Shown in pieces: positions 9,868 to 19,120 of a DNA stretch of 40,000 nt. The stretch spans positions 730,445 through 770,444 of the forward strand of contig NZ_CP162010.1 in the NCBI RefSeq assembly GCF_041734645.1. The letters run 5' to 3'. Every line of letters starts with the position of its first letter. Position 1 is the stretch's first letter. Origin of the DNA: Aggregatibacter sp. HMT-949 (GTDB taxonomy: Bacteria; Pseudomonadota; Gammaproteobacteria; Enterobacterales; Pasteurellaceae). The notes beneath the pieces are model-generated. The model did not search any database. It was not told the DNA's origin and saw only the letters and a list, made by a program, of their open reading frames with translations. Position numbers and translations under genes: made by a program.

Positions 9868-9879
9868 AGCACCGCATTG
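9868..9879 (-). repeat. Single intergenic copy of the CAATGCGGTGCT motif (reverse orientation)
   Basis: agcaccgcattg. The reverse complement reads gcgttcaatgcggtgctaatttga. Confidence 0.9.
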
Positions 9880-9947
9880 AACGCGCGGTTTTCGGTCTTC
9901 GGCAGCGTGGCCGGAACAAGCTAAGCAAAGGCAAAAGTCGGGCTATC

Positions 9948-12230
9948 TTACTCGGTTCGCATGGTTTCGGCAAATTGCGCGGCAATGGCTGCTTGTCCTA
10001 AACTTAATCCGCCATCGCCCATCGGATATTGATGGCCACTTAGCACTTTAAATTCCGTTAAATTTTCTTTCAATAAACGACGCAATAATTGATTGTGCAT
10101 CACACCGCCGGAAAGCACGATGGTGCGGCAATTGTGTTTTTCCGCGTGTTTACGTGCAAGAGTTGCAAAACCTTGTGCCAAGGCATAATGAAACGCGAAG
10201 GCTTTATCTTCTTTTGAACCTTCGTAAGCCAACCAACTTTGCCAGAAAACGGCGAGATCTAATTTATTCTCTTTTATCGGCATTTTAACCGTGATATCGA
10301 GCGTGCTTTTATTTTTGGCTAAAGGAGATTGTGCGGCAAGCGCCTCTAAATGACAGGCGGCCTCGCCTTCCCACGAGAGTTTTTCAGCGGTGATGCCTAA
10401 GCCGTAGGCCACCGCATCAAATAAGCGACCGGTGGAGGAAATTAATGGCGAATTAACTTTGCCTTCAATTGCTGCTGCAAGCGTTTGCCAAGGCAAATCA
10501 GCACAGCTTTGCGTCGCAATCTCGCGCCAATGCGGTACGAATTGTTGTAAATGCGCAAGCCAGTTGCGCCAAGGTTGAGTCGCCGCTAAATCGCCGCCGG
10601 GCAATGCAACTGCGGGCAGGCCACCTAAATGGCGGCATTGGACACCGTTTACCAACAAGCATTCGCCGCCCCAAAGCTGTCTGTTTTCGCCCATGCCGAT
10701 GCCGTCTAAGGCGATGCCGATCGTTTTGTCGCAGCAATGATGTTCTGCCAGTACGGCAGCAATGTGAGCATGATGGTGAAGTATTTCCACGTAAGGCCGG
10801 CCAAGCTTTTTCGCCAAGGCTTTTCCGATTTTTGAAGAAAAATAACCTTGGTGTGCATCCACCGCAATGATATCCGGCGTGAATTGGTAGATGTGCGAAA
10901 ACAGCGCAATGTTATTTTCTAATTGTTGTTGCACCAATTCGTTAGCGGTGTCGCCGATATGCTGGCTGACCACTGCTTTATTTTGTTTTAACAAACAGAA
11001 AGTGTTTTTTAAATCGGAACCGAATGCCAAAATATTGCGTTGATTTTGCGTATTCAGTACGGTTTCATCCGGCACATAGCCGCGAGCGCGACGCAAGATT
11101 TCCGGGCCATCGAACGCGGCACGGACTAAGGAATCGTCGGCACGCTGTAAAATGTCGCGGTTATGACAAAGATAAAAATCCGCTAATGCAGCTAATTTTT
11201 TGAGCGCATTTTCGTTATCCAAAACCGGCGGTTCGCCACTTGGATTCGCCGACGTCATGACCAAGGGTATCGCGGTTTCTCGCAGCAATAGATGTTGCAA
11301 CGGGTTGCTCGGTAACATCACGCCGATTTCGTTCAAATGGGGCGCGATATTTTCCGCTAAGTTTGGTACTTTGGATTTCTCTAACAGTACAATCGGCGCG
11401 GTGACGGAAGTTAAAAGTCGAATCTCGTCGTCGCTTAAATTTTGAAGAAAAGTAAGGCTTGGCACCATCACGGCGAGCGGTTTGCTCAGGCGATGTTTAC
11501 GCACCCTTAAATTCAGCACCGCATTGAAATCCCGTGCGTCGCAGGCCAAATGAAATCCGCCGATGCCTTTTACTGCAATGATTTTGCCTTCGCGCAGTAA
11601 ATGCGCGCTTTGTTTTAGCGCCGCTTCACTGTTGGCAAGGCGGTGGTTTTGATCTTGCAACCAAATATGTGGACCGCAAACGGCGCAAGCATTGGGTTGT
11701 GCGTGGAAACGGCGATCGGCAGGATTTTTGTATTCGGCGGCACACTCGGGGCAGAGAGAAAAATTCGCCATGGAGGTATTTTTGCGGTCGTAGGGAATGG
11801 CTTTAATAATGGTAAAACGCGGACCGCAGTGAGTACAGTTAGTGAAAGGGTAGTGGTAGCGCCGATTGGTTGGGTCGAATAAATCTTGCAGGCAGGCGGG
11901 ACAGGTAGCAGCGTCTGGCACGATTTGGGTGTCCATGGCGTTGTTTTCACTTTCGCGGATTTCAAAGCCGTCAAAGTGTGGTGGATTTTCCCAGCGTTTT
12001 TCATGCTGCTGAATGTCGGTAATAAGGGCCAGTGGTGGTAGTTTGTTGTGCAAATCGTGTAGGAATTGTTGTAACTGTTGTTTCGTTGGTTCCAGCAGGC
12101 GGATTAACACACCTTGTCCGTCGTTATTGACATCGCCATGTAGTCCGTATTTGTTCGCCAGTAACCAGACAAAAGGACGAAACCCTACGCCTTGTACTTT
12201 ACCTTTGATTCTTAACTCGATTCCGTTCAT
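9948..12230 (-). CDS. hypF: [NiFe]-hydrogenase maturation carbamoyltransferase HypF
   Basis: 760 aa. It has an acylphosphatase domain (GKVQGVGFRPFV) and two zinc-finger pairs (CPACLQD...CTHCGPRFT and CPECAAEY...CAVCGP). YrdC-like and Kae1-like C-terminal domains follow. Confidence 0.95.
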   Translation of the reverse strand: MNGIELRIKGKVQGVGFRPFVWLLANKYGLHGDVNNDGQGVLIRLLEPTKQQLQQFLHDLHNKLPPLALITDIQQHEKRWENPPHFDGFEIRESENNAMDTQIVPDAATCPACLQDLFDPTNRRYHYPFTNCTHCGPRFTIIKAIPYDRKNTSMANFSLCPECAAEYKNPADRRFHAQPNACAVCGPHIWLQDQNHRLANSEAALKQSAHLLREGKIIAVKGIGGFHLACDARDFNAVLNLRVRKHRLSKPLAVMVPSLTFLQNLSDDEIRLLTSVTAPIVLLEKSKVPNLAENIAPHLNEIGVMLPSNPLQHLLLRETAIPLVMTSANPSGEPPVLDNENALKKLAALADFYLCHNRDILQRADDSLVRAAFDGPEILRRARGYVPDETVLNTQNQRNILAFGSDLKNTFCLLKQNKAVVSQHIGDTANELVQQQLENNIALFSHIYQFTPDIIAVDAHQGYFSSKIGKALAKKLGRPYVEILHHHAHIAAVLAEHHCCDKTIGIALDGIGMGENRQLWGGECLLVNGVQCRHLGGLPAVALPGGDLAATQPWRNWLAHLQQFVPHWREIATQSCADLPWQTLAAAIEGKVNSPLISSTGRLFDAVAYGLGITAEKLSWEGEAACHLEALAAQSPLAKNKSTLDITVKMPIKENKLDLAVFWQSWLAYEGSKEDKAFAFHYALAQGFATLARKHAEKHNCRTIVLSGGVMHNQLLRRLLKENLTEFKVLSGHQYPMGDGGLSLGQAAIAAQFAETMRTE

Positions 12231-12290
12231 ATTTTTCTCAGTCAGGTTGATTTTATTAAGAGATGATAGTGAGAAATGACAGCGTAAGCG

Positions 12291-12304
12291 CTGATCTGAA
12301 TCAA
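12291..12304 (-). promoter_or_regulatory. FNR-like box upstream of hypF
   Basis: The minus strand reads TTGAT-TCAG-ATCAG (9/10 to TTGAT-N4-ATCAA). A TATCAT -10 candidate (rc of 12264..12269) sits about 30 bp downstream of the box centre, giving class II spacing. The box is 67 bp from the hypF ATG. Confidence 0.5.
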
Positions 12305-12317
12305 AACGACTTGAGAA

Positions 12318-12341
12318 AGATGGCGTGAGGGCACGCCATCT
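12318..12341 (-). terminator. Hairpin terminator downstream of the SIMPL gene
   Basis: agatggcgtg / cacgccatct form a 10-bp stem with a 4-nt loop. On the minus strand it is followed by a moderately T-rich stretch. Confidence 0.6.
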
Positions 12342-12365
12342 GGGGGGAAGTGTTTACATTAAGAT

Positions 12366-13109
12366 TTATTCAATGGCATATTCAATAGTGACAACCAAAC
12401 GTGCTTTTTTCTCAATAGTACTGGTGTCATAACTACCGGTGTAATCGCTGCTGTCTTCTGCATCAGGATTAGGAGATTGAATATAAAAAGGACCTTGGGA
12501 GGCGGATTTTAACACGCCCACTTTAACATTACTGGTTTTGGCAAATTCTTCTGCTCGTATACGAGCATCTTGAGTCGCTTTAGAGATTAATTCTCGTTTA
12601 AGACTTTCTAAATTTTCTAAATAATAATTGGGATCATTAAAGCCAATTTCTTCATTGTTTGCCACAATTTGGTGAATATTCGTTAAAGCTTTTTGTAATT
12701 TGGCCAGTTCTTTGGTTGAGAGATGGATATTTCTGGAGGCGGTGTAGCCGTTCTGACGGCGTTTCGTTTCTCCTTTCTCATTTTCATAATATTCTGTGTA
12801 AGGTTTCACATCTAATTCGGTTATTTCACGATTTTCATCGGTAAATCCTTGTGATTTTAAGAAACGCACAGCTTCATTCAAATTCTTTTGGTTTGCGGCC
12901 ATTGCATCACTATAGGTTCTCCCCCAACCGCCTATGTTAATTACCCATGTCCCCTGAGTGGCGGTGTAATGTTCTTCCGCTAATCCTTTCACTGAAATTG
13001 AGCCGGTTTGACGAAAATTTTTAAATTGATTACCAAGAATAAAGGCGGATGCCATTAATCCTGTCGCTAAAATGATGCCAAAAACGGCAAGGTAAGGTTT
13101 TTTGTTCAT
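12366..13109 (-). CDS. SIMPL (DUF541) domain periplasmic/membrane-anchored protein
   Basis: 247 aa with an N-terminal signal/anchor (PYLAVFGIILATGLMASAF). The overall pattern resembles the 26-kDa periplasmic immunogenic protein / oxidative stress defence family. The gene looks AT-rich. Confidence 0.75.
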   Translation of the reverse strand: MNKKPYLAVFGIILATGLMASAFILGNQFKNFRQTGSISVKGLAEEHYTATQGTWVINIGGWGRTYSDAMAANQKNLNEAVRFLKSQGFTDENREITELDVKPYTEYYENEKGETKRRQNGYTASRNIHLSTKELAKLQKALTNIHQIVANNEEIGFNDPNYYLENLESLKRELISKATQDARIRAEEFAKTSNVKVGVLKSASQGPFYIQSPNPDAEDSSDYTGSYDTSTIEKKARLVVTIEYAIE

Positions 13110-13260
13110 AAGTTTTCCTTTTTATGAGAGTAAATTTGTGAGAAGAATTATATAAAAATCAGTCTACCTCTATAAATAGAATATACTAAATGAGAAAATT
13201 TATCATTAAAAAATCAATTACTTATCTTATCTAGGAAGACTTAAAGAAATTTCAATATTT

Positions 13261-13274
13261 ATGATCTCAATCAA
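13261..13274 (+). promoter_or_regulatory. FNR-like box upstream of hyfA
   Basis: ATGAT-CTCA-ATCAA matches TTGAT-N4-ATCAA at 9/10. It lies in a 270-bp AT-rich divergent intergenic region, centred 114 bp upstream of the hyfA ATG. The -10 assignment is ambiguous (TAATAC at 13300..13305). Confidence 0.5.
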
Positions 13275-13381
13275 GAAAAAGAAAGATCAAGGCTAGGCCT
13301 AATACTTTATAAGTAGTAACCTTAATTTGAAAGTGGTTATTAAGGATTTAACCACTCGCACTGTCTATAAGGGGGGAGAGT

Positions 13382-13981
13382 ATGAATCGTTTTGTTATCG
13401 GTGATCCCAAAGACTGTATAGGATGTAACACATGCATGGCTGCGTGTAGCGAAACCCATAAAGCCTTCGGATTACAATCTTATCCTCGGTTACAAGTCAT
13501 GCGTAATGACGACATAACCGTTCCAATCCTCTGTCGTCATTGTGATGACTCGCCGTGTGCCACGGTATGTCCGGTACACGCGATAACTCATGTGAATGAC
13601 ACCATTCAACTCAATGAATCTTTATGTATCGGTTGCAAATTGTGCGGAATTGCCTGTCCGTTTGGGGCGATCACACAACATGGTAGTGCGCCGATCGATG
13701 CACCTGCGTATTATGAAAGTTTCACCTTTACTGATGCAGTGAAACGGGATATTCGTACTGCTCCGGATAATTCGGAATTACACAATATGTTGGCATGGCA
13801 ACCGGGCGTGAAAGCAATTGCGGTGAAATGTGATTTGTGTTACTTCCGCGAAGAAGGCCCGGCGTGCGTGCAAACTTGTCCGACGAAAACCCTGTTTATC
13901 ATCAGTGATAAGAGTATTGAACAAGCTAACCTTAAAAAACGTGAAATGGCATTAACGTCTTCACCTGCTATTCCAAGATAG
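13382..13981 (+). CDS. hyfA: hydrogenase-4 component A, 4Fe-4S ferredoxin-type
   Basis: The N-terminus MNRFVIGDPKDCIGCNTCMAAC is collinear with E. coli HyfA/HycB. Multiple CxxCxxCxxxCP clusters are present. Confidence 0.92.
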   Translation: MNRFVIGDPKDCIGCNTCMAACSETHKAFGLQSYPRLQVMRNDDITVPILCRHCDDSPCATVCPVHAITHVNDTIQLNESLCIGCKLCGIACPFGAITQHGSAPIDAPAYYESFTFTDAVKRDIRTAPDNSELHNMLAWQPGVKAIAVKCDLCYFREEGPACVQTCPTKTLFIISDKSIEQANLKKREMALTSSPAIPR

Positions 13982-14014
13982 TTTTGTTTACTCGTTAATC
14001 AATGGAGTGAAATT

Positions 14015-16036
14015 ATGAGTTATTCAATTAGTTTACTCGTCACGACCCTGTTGATTTATGTCGTCGGTGCGTTTATTTCGCTCATCGTAAGTCGAAATGA
14101 ACAACTTTCAATCAATATATCCGGCGTGACCGGTATACTTGGTGGAGTGTTAGGTATCGCAGCCTGCATCCCCGTTCTTATCAGCAGCGACACTGTCGTT
14201 GATGTATTCCAAACCCCATTTGAATTTGCTCGCTTCTCCATCCGTATCGACGGATTGGCTGCATTTATGGTGTGCGTGATTTCTTTATTGGTCGTGGTCA
14301 GTGCACTTTATTCTTTCTCTTATGTGAAAGAATATAAAGGTAAAGGTGCAGGTTCCATGGGGTTCTTTATGAATCTCTTTATCGCTTCGATGGTTGCATT
14401 AGTGACCTGCGATAATGCGTTCTACTTTTTAGTCTTTTTTGAAATGATGTCGTTGGCATCTTATTTCTTGGTGTTAACCGAACAAGATGATAACGCTGTG
14501 AATGCCGGTTTATTGTATTTCTTCATTGCACATGCCGGTTCCGTGTTAATCATGATCGCCTTCTTTATTTTCTACTGCTATTCGGGCAGTTTTGAATTTG
14601 GTGATTTCCGACAAACCCGCCTTTCCGAACCGCTTGCCTTCACTGTGTTTGTTTTGGCTTTCCTCGGTTTTGGGGCAAAAGCGGGGATGATTCCATTACA
14701 CAGTTGGTTACCAAAAGCTCACCCGGCTGCACCATCTCATGCGTCCGCGTTAATGTCCGGCGTTATGGTGAAAATCGGGATTTTCGGGATCGTGAAAGTC
14801 GGGATCGATCTCTTGGGTGCTACCAATATGTGGTATGGCGTGATTGTATTGGGCTTTGGCGCTGTATCTTCTGTTCTTGGTGTGCTTTATGCCCTTGCCG
14901 AACATGATATTAAAAAATTATTGGCTTATCACACGGTAGAAAATATCGGCATTATTATGATGGGCGTTGGTGTTGGCATGATCGGCATTGCGACGCATCA
15001 TCCGGTACTGGCTACCGTTGGTTTGCTGGGTGGGTTGTACCACTTATTAAACCATGCTGTATTTAAAGGCTTATTGTTCTTAGGCGCAGGTTCCGTGATG
15101 TATCGGTTACATACCAAAGATATGGATCTTATGGGTGGCTTAGGTAAACTCATGCCATATACCGCGTTCTGTTTCTTAATTGGTACCATGGCGATTTCTG
15201 CCTTACCACCGTTTAACGGTTTTGTCAGTGAATGGTTTACCTATCAATCTTTATTCAGTCTCAGTCAAAGTGATGATCTCGTGCTAAAACTTGCCGGTCC
15301 GATTGCCATTATTATGCTTGCGTTAACCGGTGCACTGGCGGCACTTTGCTTCGTGAAAGTGTATGGGATTAGCTTCGGTGGTGCGCCTCGCAGTGAAGGC
15401 GCGGCAAATGCCCGTGAAGTGCCAAAACCAATGGTCATTGCCATGGGAATTTTGGCGTTATGCTGTATCTTATTGGGCGTGGGTGCCTCTGTCGTGACCC
15501 CAGTAATAGCGAAAATTTCCACCGCACTTGCCAATTCGGCATCAATCACGTTAGCGCATAATGGCGTGCTCGTTGCTCAAGCTGAGCCGAATACGGCACT
15601 TTCTACACCAATGGTGACAATTATGCTGTTGGCGTTCTTCTTCCTGCCGTTCACTTACTATGCCTTAACTAAAAATCAACGGGTGGCTGCTCGCTCTAAA
15701 GGCAATCCTTGGGCTTGTGGTTATGCCTATGAAAGCGATATGGCCGCTTCTGCAGGTAGTTTTACCCAACCGTTACGCACGATCTTTAAACCGCTTTACA
15801 CCTTGCGCCAAGTATTAGATCCGGCACCGTTAGGAAATAAAGGCGTTCAGGCGTTAATTAAAGGTGCAACGAAAACCGAACCGTTCTGGGAAGAAAAAGT
15901 CACGATGCCGATTGGCCATGTCATTCCTTGGTTAGGGCGTAAAATTCAATGGCTGCAACAAGGCGATTTCCGTGTGTATTGCGTGTATTTCGTGATTGCC
16001 TTGGTGGCAATATTGCTTTCCATTGCATTGATGTAG
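14015..16036 (+). CDS. hyfB: hydrogenase-4 membrane subunit B (NuoL-like antiporter-type)
   Basis: 673-aa polytopic protein with the NuoL/HycC motif WLPKAHPAAPSHASALMSG. It occupies the second position in the operon. Confidence 0.92.
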   Translation: MSYSISLLVTTLLIYVVGAFISLIVSRNEQLSINISGVTGILGGVLGIAACIPVLISSDTVVDVFQTPFEFARFSIRIDGLAAFMVCVISLLVVVSALYSFSYVKEYKGKGAGSMGFFMNLFIASMVALVTCDNAFYFLVFFEMMSLASYFLVLTEQDDNAVNAGLLYFFIAHAGSVLIMIAFFIFYCYSGSFEFGDFRQTRLSEPLAFTVFVLAFLGFGAKAGMIPLHSWLPKAHPAAPSHASALMSGVMVKIGIFGIVKVGIDLLGATNMWYGVIVLGFGAVSSVLGVLYALAEHDIKKLLAYHTVENIGIIMMGVGVGMIGIATHHPVLATVGLLGGLYHLLNHAVFKGLLFLGAGSVMYRLHTKDMDLMGGLGKLMPYTAFCFLIGTMAISALPPFNGFVSEWFTYQSLFSLSQSDDLVLKLAGPIAIIMLALTGALAALCFVKVYGISFGGAPRSEGAANAREVPKPMVIAMGILALCCILLGVGASVVTPVIAKISTALANSASITLAHNGVLVAQAEPNTALSTPMVTIMLLAFFFLPFTYYALTKNQRVAARSKGNPWACGYAYESDMAASAGSFTQPLRTIFKPLYTLRQVLDPAPLGNKGVQALIKGATKTEPFWEEKVTMPIGHVIPWLGRKIQWLQQGDFRVYCVYFVIALVAILLSIALM

Positions 16037-16046
16037 GAGGTCGAAC

Positions 16047-17009
16047 ATGATTACGTTACCTTCAGAAATTGCCATATCCGCCGGAATGTTTGCCTTGGCC
16101 ATTGCGCAAGCCTTGATTTTACTTGCGCTTGCCCCGTTATTTTCCGGTATTTCACGGATGATTCGTGCGCGTATTCAGTCGCGCCGTGGTCCGGGATTGT
16201 TACAGGATTATCGTGACATTGCGAAATTGATGAAACGGCAAAATATTTGGCCGGATAATGCCGGTGCGGTTTCTCGCATGATGCCTTACGTGTTAATCAG
16301 CACCGTCATGGTAGTGGCAATGAGTTTGCCTTTGGTTACTCGAGTTTCACCGTTTGGGGCAGGCAGTGATTTAATTACCGTGGTTTATTTATTAGCGCTG
16401 TTTCGTTTCTTCTTCTCCATTGCCGGTTTGGATTCAAACAGTACATTCTCAAGTTTAGGTGCAAGCCGTGAAGTAACACTAGGTGTGTTGGTTGAACCGA
16501 TTTTAATGTTGGCGTTTTTAGTGATTGCGTTGATTGCCGGTTCGACTAACTTTGCCGTGATTGGCACACAACTTTCAGAACAAAGTTGGCAATATCCCAT
16601 TGCGACGTTGGTGGCTCTGGTTGCTGCCTTCTTCGCTGTGTTTATTGAAATGGGGAAAATTCCGTTTGACTTGGCCGAAGCAGAACAAGAATTGCAAGAA
16701 GGCCCATTGACTGAATATTCAGGTCCATCTCTTGCCTTGTTGAAAATAGGCTTAAGCTTAAAATCCATGGTGGTTGCAGCCATCTTTGTGAGTGTCTTAT
16801 TGCCATTCGGTGCCGCACAGGATTTGAGTATAAGTGCGGTTGTTCTTGGCACTGTTTTCTTCTTCGTGAAATTGTTGGTGGTGTTCGTGTTAGCTTGTGT
16901 TTTTGAAAATACACTTTCCCGTACCCGCTTCATGTTAACCGGACGTTTAACGGTTGTCGGCTTCGGCATTTCTGTGTTGGCGTTTGTGTTTTACCTCACA
17001 GGATTGTAA
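16047..17009 (+). CDS. hyfC: hydrogenase-4 membrane subunit C (NuoH/HycD-like)
   Basis: 320-aa polytopic protein with RGPGLLQDYRDI and PFDLAEAEQELQEG, typical of the HycD/NuoH family. Confidence 0.9.
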   Translation: MITLPSEIAISAGMFALAIAQALILLALAPLFSGISRMIRARIQSRRGPGLLQDYRDIAKLMKRQNIWPDNAGAVSRMMPYVLISTVMVVAMSLPLVTRVSPFGAGSDLITVVYLLALFRFFFSIAGLDSNSTFSSLGASREVTLGVLVEPILMLAFLVIALIAGSTNFAVIGTQLSEQSWQYPIATLVALVAAFFAVFIEMGKIPFDLAEAEQELQEGPLTEYSGPSLALLKIGLSLKSMVVAAIFVSVLLPFGAAQDLSISAVVLGTVFFFVKLLVVFVLACVFENTLSRTRFMLTGRLTVVGFGISVLAFVFYLTGL

Positions 17010-17021
17010 GGAGGAAAGAAT

Positions 17022-18467
17022 ATGGAACGTTTAGCTCTGATTACAATCATATTGCCGTTTGTGGGGGCTTTTATCGTAGGCCTAACAAAAACAAATTTTG
17101 CCAAATTAGCGACGTTTTTTGCAGCATTGACGACTGTCTGTATCAGTGCATTAGCAGGACAGTGGTATTTAAATGGTCATCAAAGCGTGACCTATGATCT
17201 GGTGGCATTCGATCACACCGTCATTTTTGGGGTGACATTGGATGCAGTCAGCACCTTGATTGGCTTCGCTGTGGTCAGTCTTGGTTTCTTGATTTGCTTA
17301 TATTCTTGTGGCTATTTAACCGATAAAAACCGTGAACATCCACATAACGGCTTACCACGTTTTTATGCATTCCTACTCATTTTTATCGGTGCGATGGCAG
17401 GTTTAGTGTTGTCTTCTACCTTGGCTGGTCAATTGCTGTTTTTTGAAATTACCGGTGTTTGTTCTTGGGCATTAATTAGCTATTATCAAAGCCAGAAAGC
17501 CATGGCAGCTGCAATGAAAGCCTTGATTATTACCCATGTAGGCGCTATTGGTTTATACATTGCAGCGGCTTATTTGTTCAGCCAATCCGGTACATTTTCT
17601 ATCACCGCATTGGAACATTTAGACCCGAGTGCGAAAAGCATTGTGCTCTTCGGCGTAATGTTTGCTGCTTGGGGTAAATCCGCACAGTTGCCAATGCAAA
17701 TTTGGTTACCGAATGCCATGGAAGCCCCTACACCGGTGAGTGCTTATTTGCACGCCGCATCAATGGTTAAAGTGGGCGTGTATATCTTTGCTCGTGCTGT
17801 GATGTCTGCCGGTGATATTCCATCGATTGTGGGCGAAGTGGGCATCATCATGGCGATGATTACCTTAATTTACGGCTTTATGATGTATTTGCCGCAAACA
17901 GACTTAAAACGTTTGTTGGCATATTCCACCATTACCCAACTTTCTTATATTTTCATTGGGATTTCTCTTGCTGCCTTAGGTTCTAAATTAGCCTTGGTTG
18001 CAGCGGTTGCTTATATCTTCAACCATGCTTTTGCAAAAAGTTTGTTCTTCTTGGTTGCCGGTTCCTTAAGTTATGCCACCGGAACCCGCTCCATGCCGTT
18101 ATTACAAGGGATTATGCGCACGATGCCTGTCGTTGGAGCCGGGTTTGGTATTGCTGCGTTAGCGATTGCCGGCGTGCCGCCATTTAATGGATTTTTTAGC
18201 AAGTTCCCGTTGTTTGCTGCCGGCTTTGAATTAGGCAATGAGTATAGTTGGATCACGATCTTGATGGTGATTGCATTGATTGAATCTACGGCGACTTTCG
18301 TATGGTTGCTGTATAAATTCGGACAATGTGTCATTGGTCAACCGTCGGACGCTGTTGCCAAAGCTCAGCCCATTACACTTTCTATGTACGTCGTATTAGT
18401 CGTGCTTATGGTGATGTCGGTTTGTTCCGGTTTTATTGCTGCCTATTGGCTGGGTTTAGCAGGTTAA
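17022..18467 (+). CDS. hyfD: hydrogenase-4 membrane subunit D (NuoM/N-like)
   Basis: 481-aa polytopic protein with WLPNAMEAPTPVSAYLHAA. Its presence distinguishes Hyf from Hyc. Confidence 0.9.
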   Translation: MERLALITIILPFVGAFIVGLTKTNFAKLATFFAALTTVCISALAGQWYLNGHQSVTYDLVAFDHTVIFGVTLDAVSTLIGFAVVSLGFLICLYSCGYLTDKNREHPHNGLPRFYAFLLIFIGAMAGLVLSSTLAGQLLFFEITGVCSWALISYYQSQKAMAAAMKALIITHVGAIGLYIAAAYLFSQSGTFSITALEHLDPSAKSIVLFGVMFAAWGKSAQLPMQIWLPNAMEAPTPVSAYLHAASMVKVGVYIFARAVMSAGDIPSIVGEVGIIMAMITLIYGFMMYLPQTDLKRLLAYSTITQLSYIFIGISLAALGSKLALVAAVAYIFNHAFAKSLFFLVAGSLSYATGTRSMPLLQGIMRTMPVVGAGFGIAALAIAGVPPFNGFFSKFPLFAAGFELGNEYSWITILMVIALIESTATFVWLLYKFGQCVIGQPSDAVAKAQPITLSMYVVLVVLMVMSVCSGFIAAYWLGLAG

Positions 18468-18477
18468 GGAGGAATCT

Positions 18478-19116
18478 ATGTTAATGATTAATGGTCTTGC
18501 AAGTTTACTCATTATTACCTCACTCTGCGTCATTATGGTAAGAACCGCCAAAAAAGCGGCAATGTTTTATGGCTTGCAATCTCTCGTTTTGGTTTTGCTG
18601 TTTGTCTATCTTGCTTATGAAATGCAAGCACACGAGCTCTATATGTGGTCAATCAGCGCCTTTATTACCAAAGTTATTTTAGTGCCGGCGATTTTAATCT
18701 ACGCCATGCGCCACATTGATGAAAGTCAAACCCCGGCGGGGATGGATATTGCGTGGTTGTTGCCCATCACAGCTTGCATTGTCACCTTGTGTTACTTTGT
18801 GATCATGCCGATTGACTTGCCGTTAGTGGAACATCTCAAACCGGCGCTTTCTGTGTCTTTAAGCCACTTTCTGCTTGGTTTGGTATGTATTGTGAGTCAG
18901 CGCAATATCGTAAAACAAGTATTCGGTTATTGTTTGATGGAAAACGGGTCTCATCTCACTTTAGCCTTATTGGCAAATAAAGCACCTGAATTGGTCGAAA
19001 TCGGGATTGCCACAGATGCTATCTTCGCGGTCATCATTATGGTGGTGTTGGTAAATAAAATTTACCGAACATTCCATTCATTAGATGCAAAACAACTTAT
19101 GAATTTGAAGGGGTAA
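18478..19116 (+). CDS. hyfE: hydrogenase-4 membrane subunit E
   Basis: 212-aa hydrophobic protein at the operon position and size of HyfE. Confidence 0.85.
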   Translation: MLMINGLASLLIITSLCVIMVRTAKKAAMFYGLQSLVLVLLFVYLAYEMQAHELYMWSISAFITKVILVPAILIYAMRHIDESQTPAGMDIAWLLPITACIVTLCYFVIMPIDLPLVEHLKPALSVSLSHFLLGLVCIVSQRNIVKQVFGYCLMENGSHLTLALLANKAPELVEIGIATDAIFAVIIMVVLVNKIYRTFHSLDAKQLMNLKG

Positions 19117-19120
19117 CGCT

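Noticed and set aside
10469-10870. 133-aa plus-strand and other 67-129-aa ORFs inside hypF (10498..10737, 10706..10909, 11615..12004)
   Set aside because: They are Arg/Cys-rich antisense or out-of-frame shadows within the HypF coding region.
13110-13381. Sigma-54 promoter (TGGCAC-N5-TTGC) and HyfR/FhlA-type upstream activator sites expected by analogy with E. coli hyf
   Set aside because: I found no GG-N10-GC element of that form in the region, and no hyfR or fhlA gene is in the window. An FNR-like box is the only recognisable site.
16385-16969. 194-aa minus-strand ORF antisense to hyfC (and the nested 90-aa ORF 16642..16914)
   Set aside because: It is a shadow ORF of a membrane-protein gene, with a low-complexity Thr/Asn/Lys-rich product and no start context.
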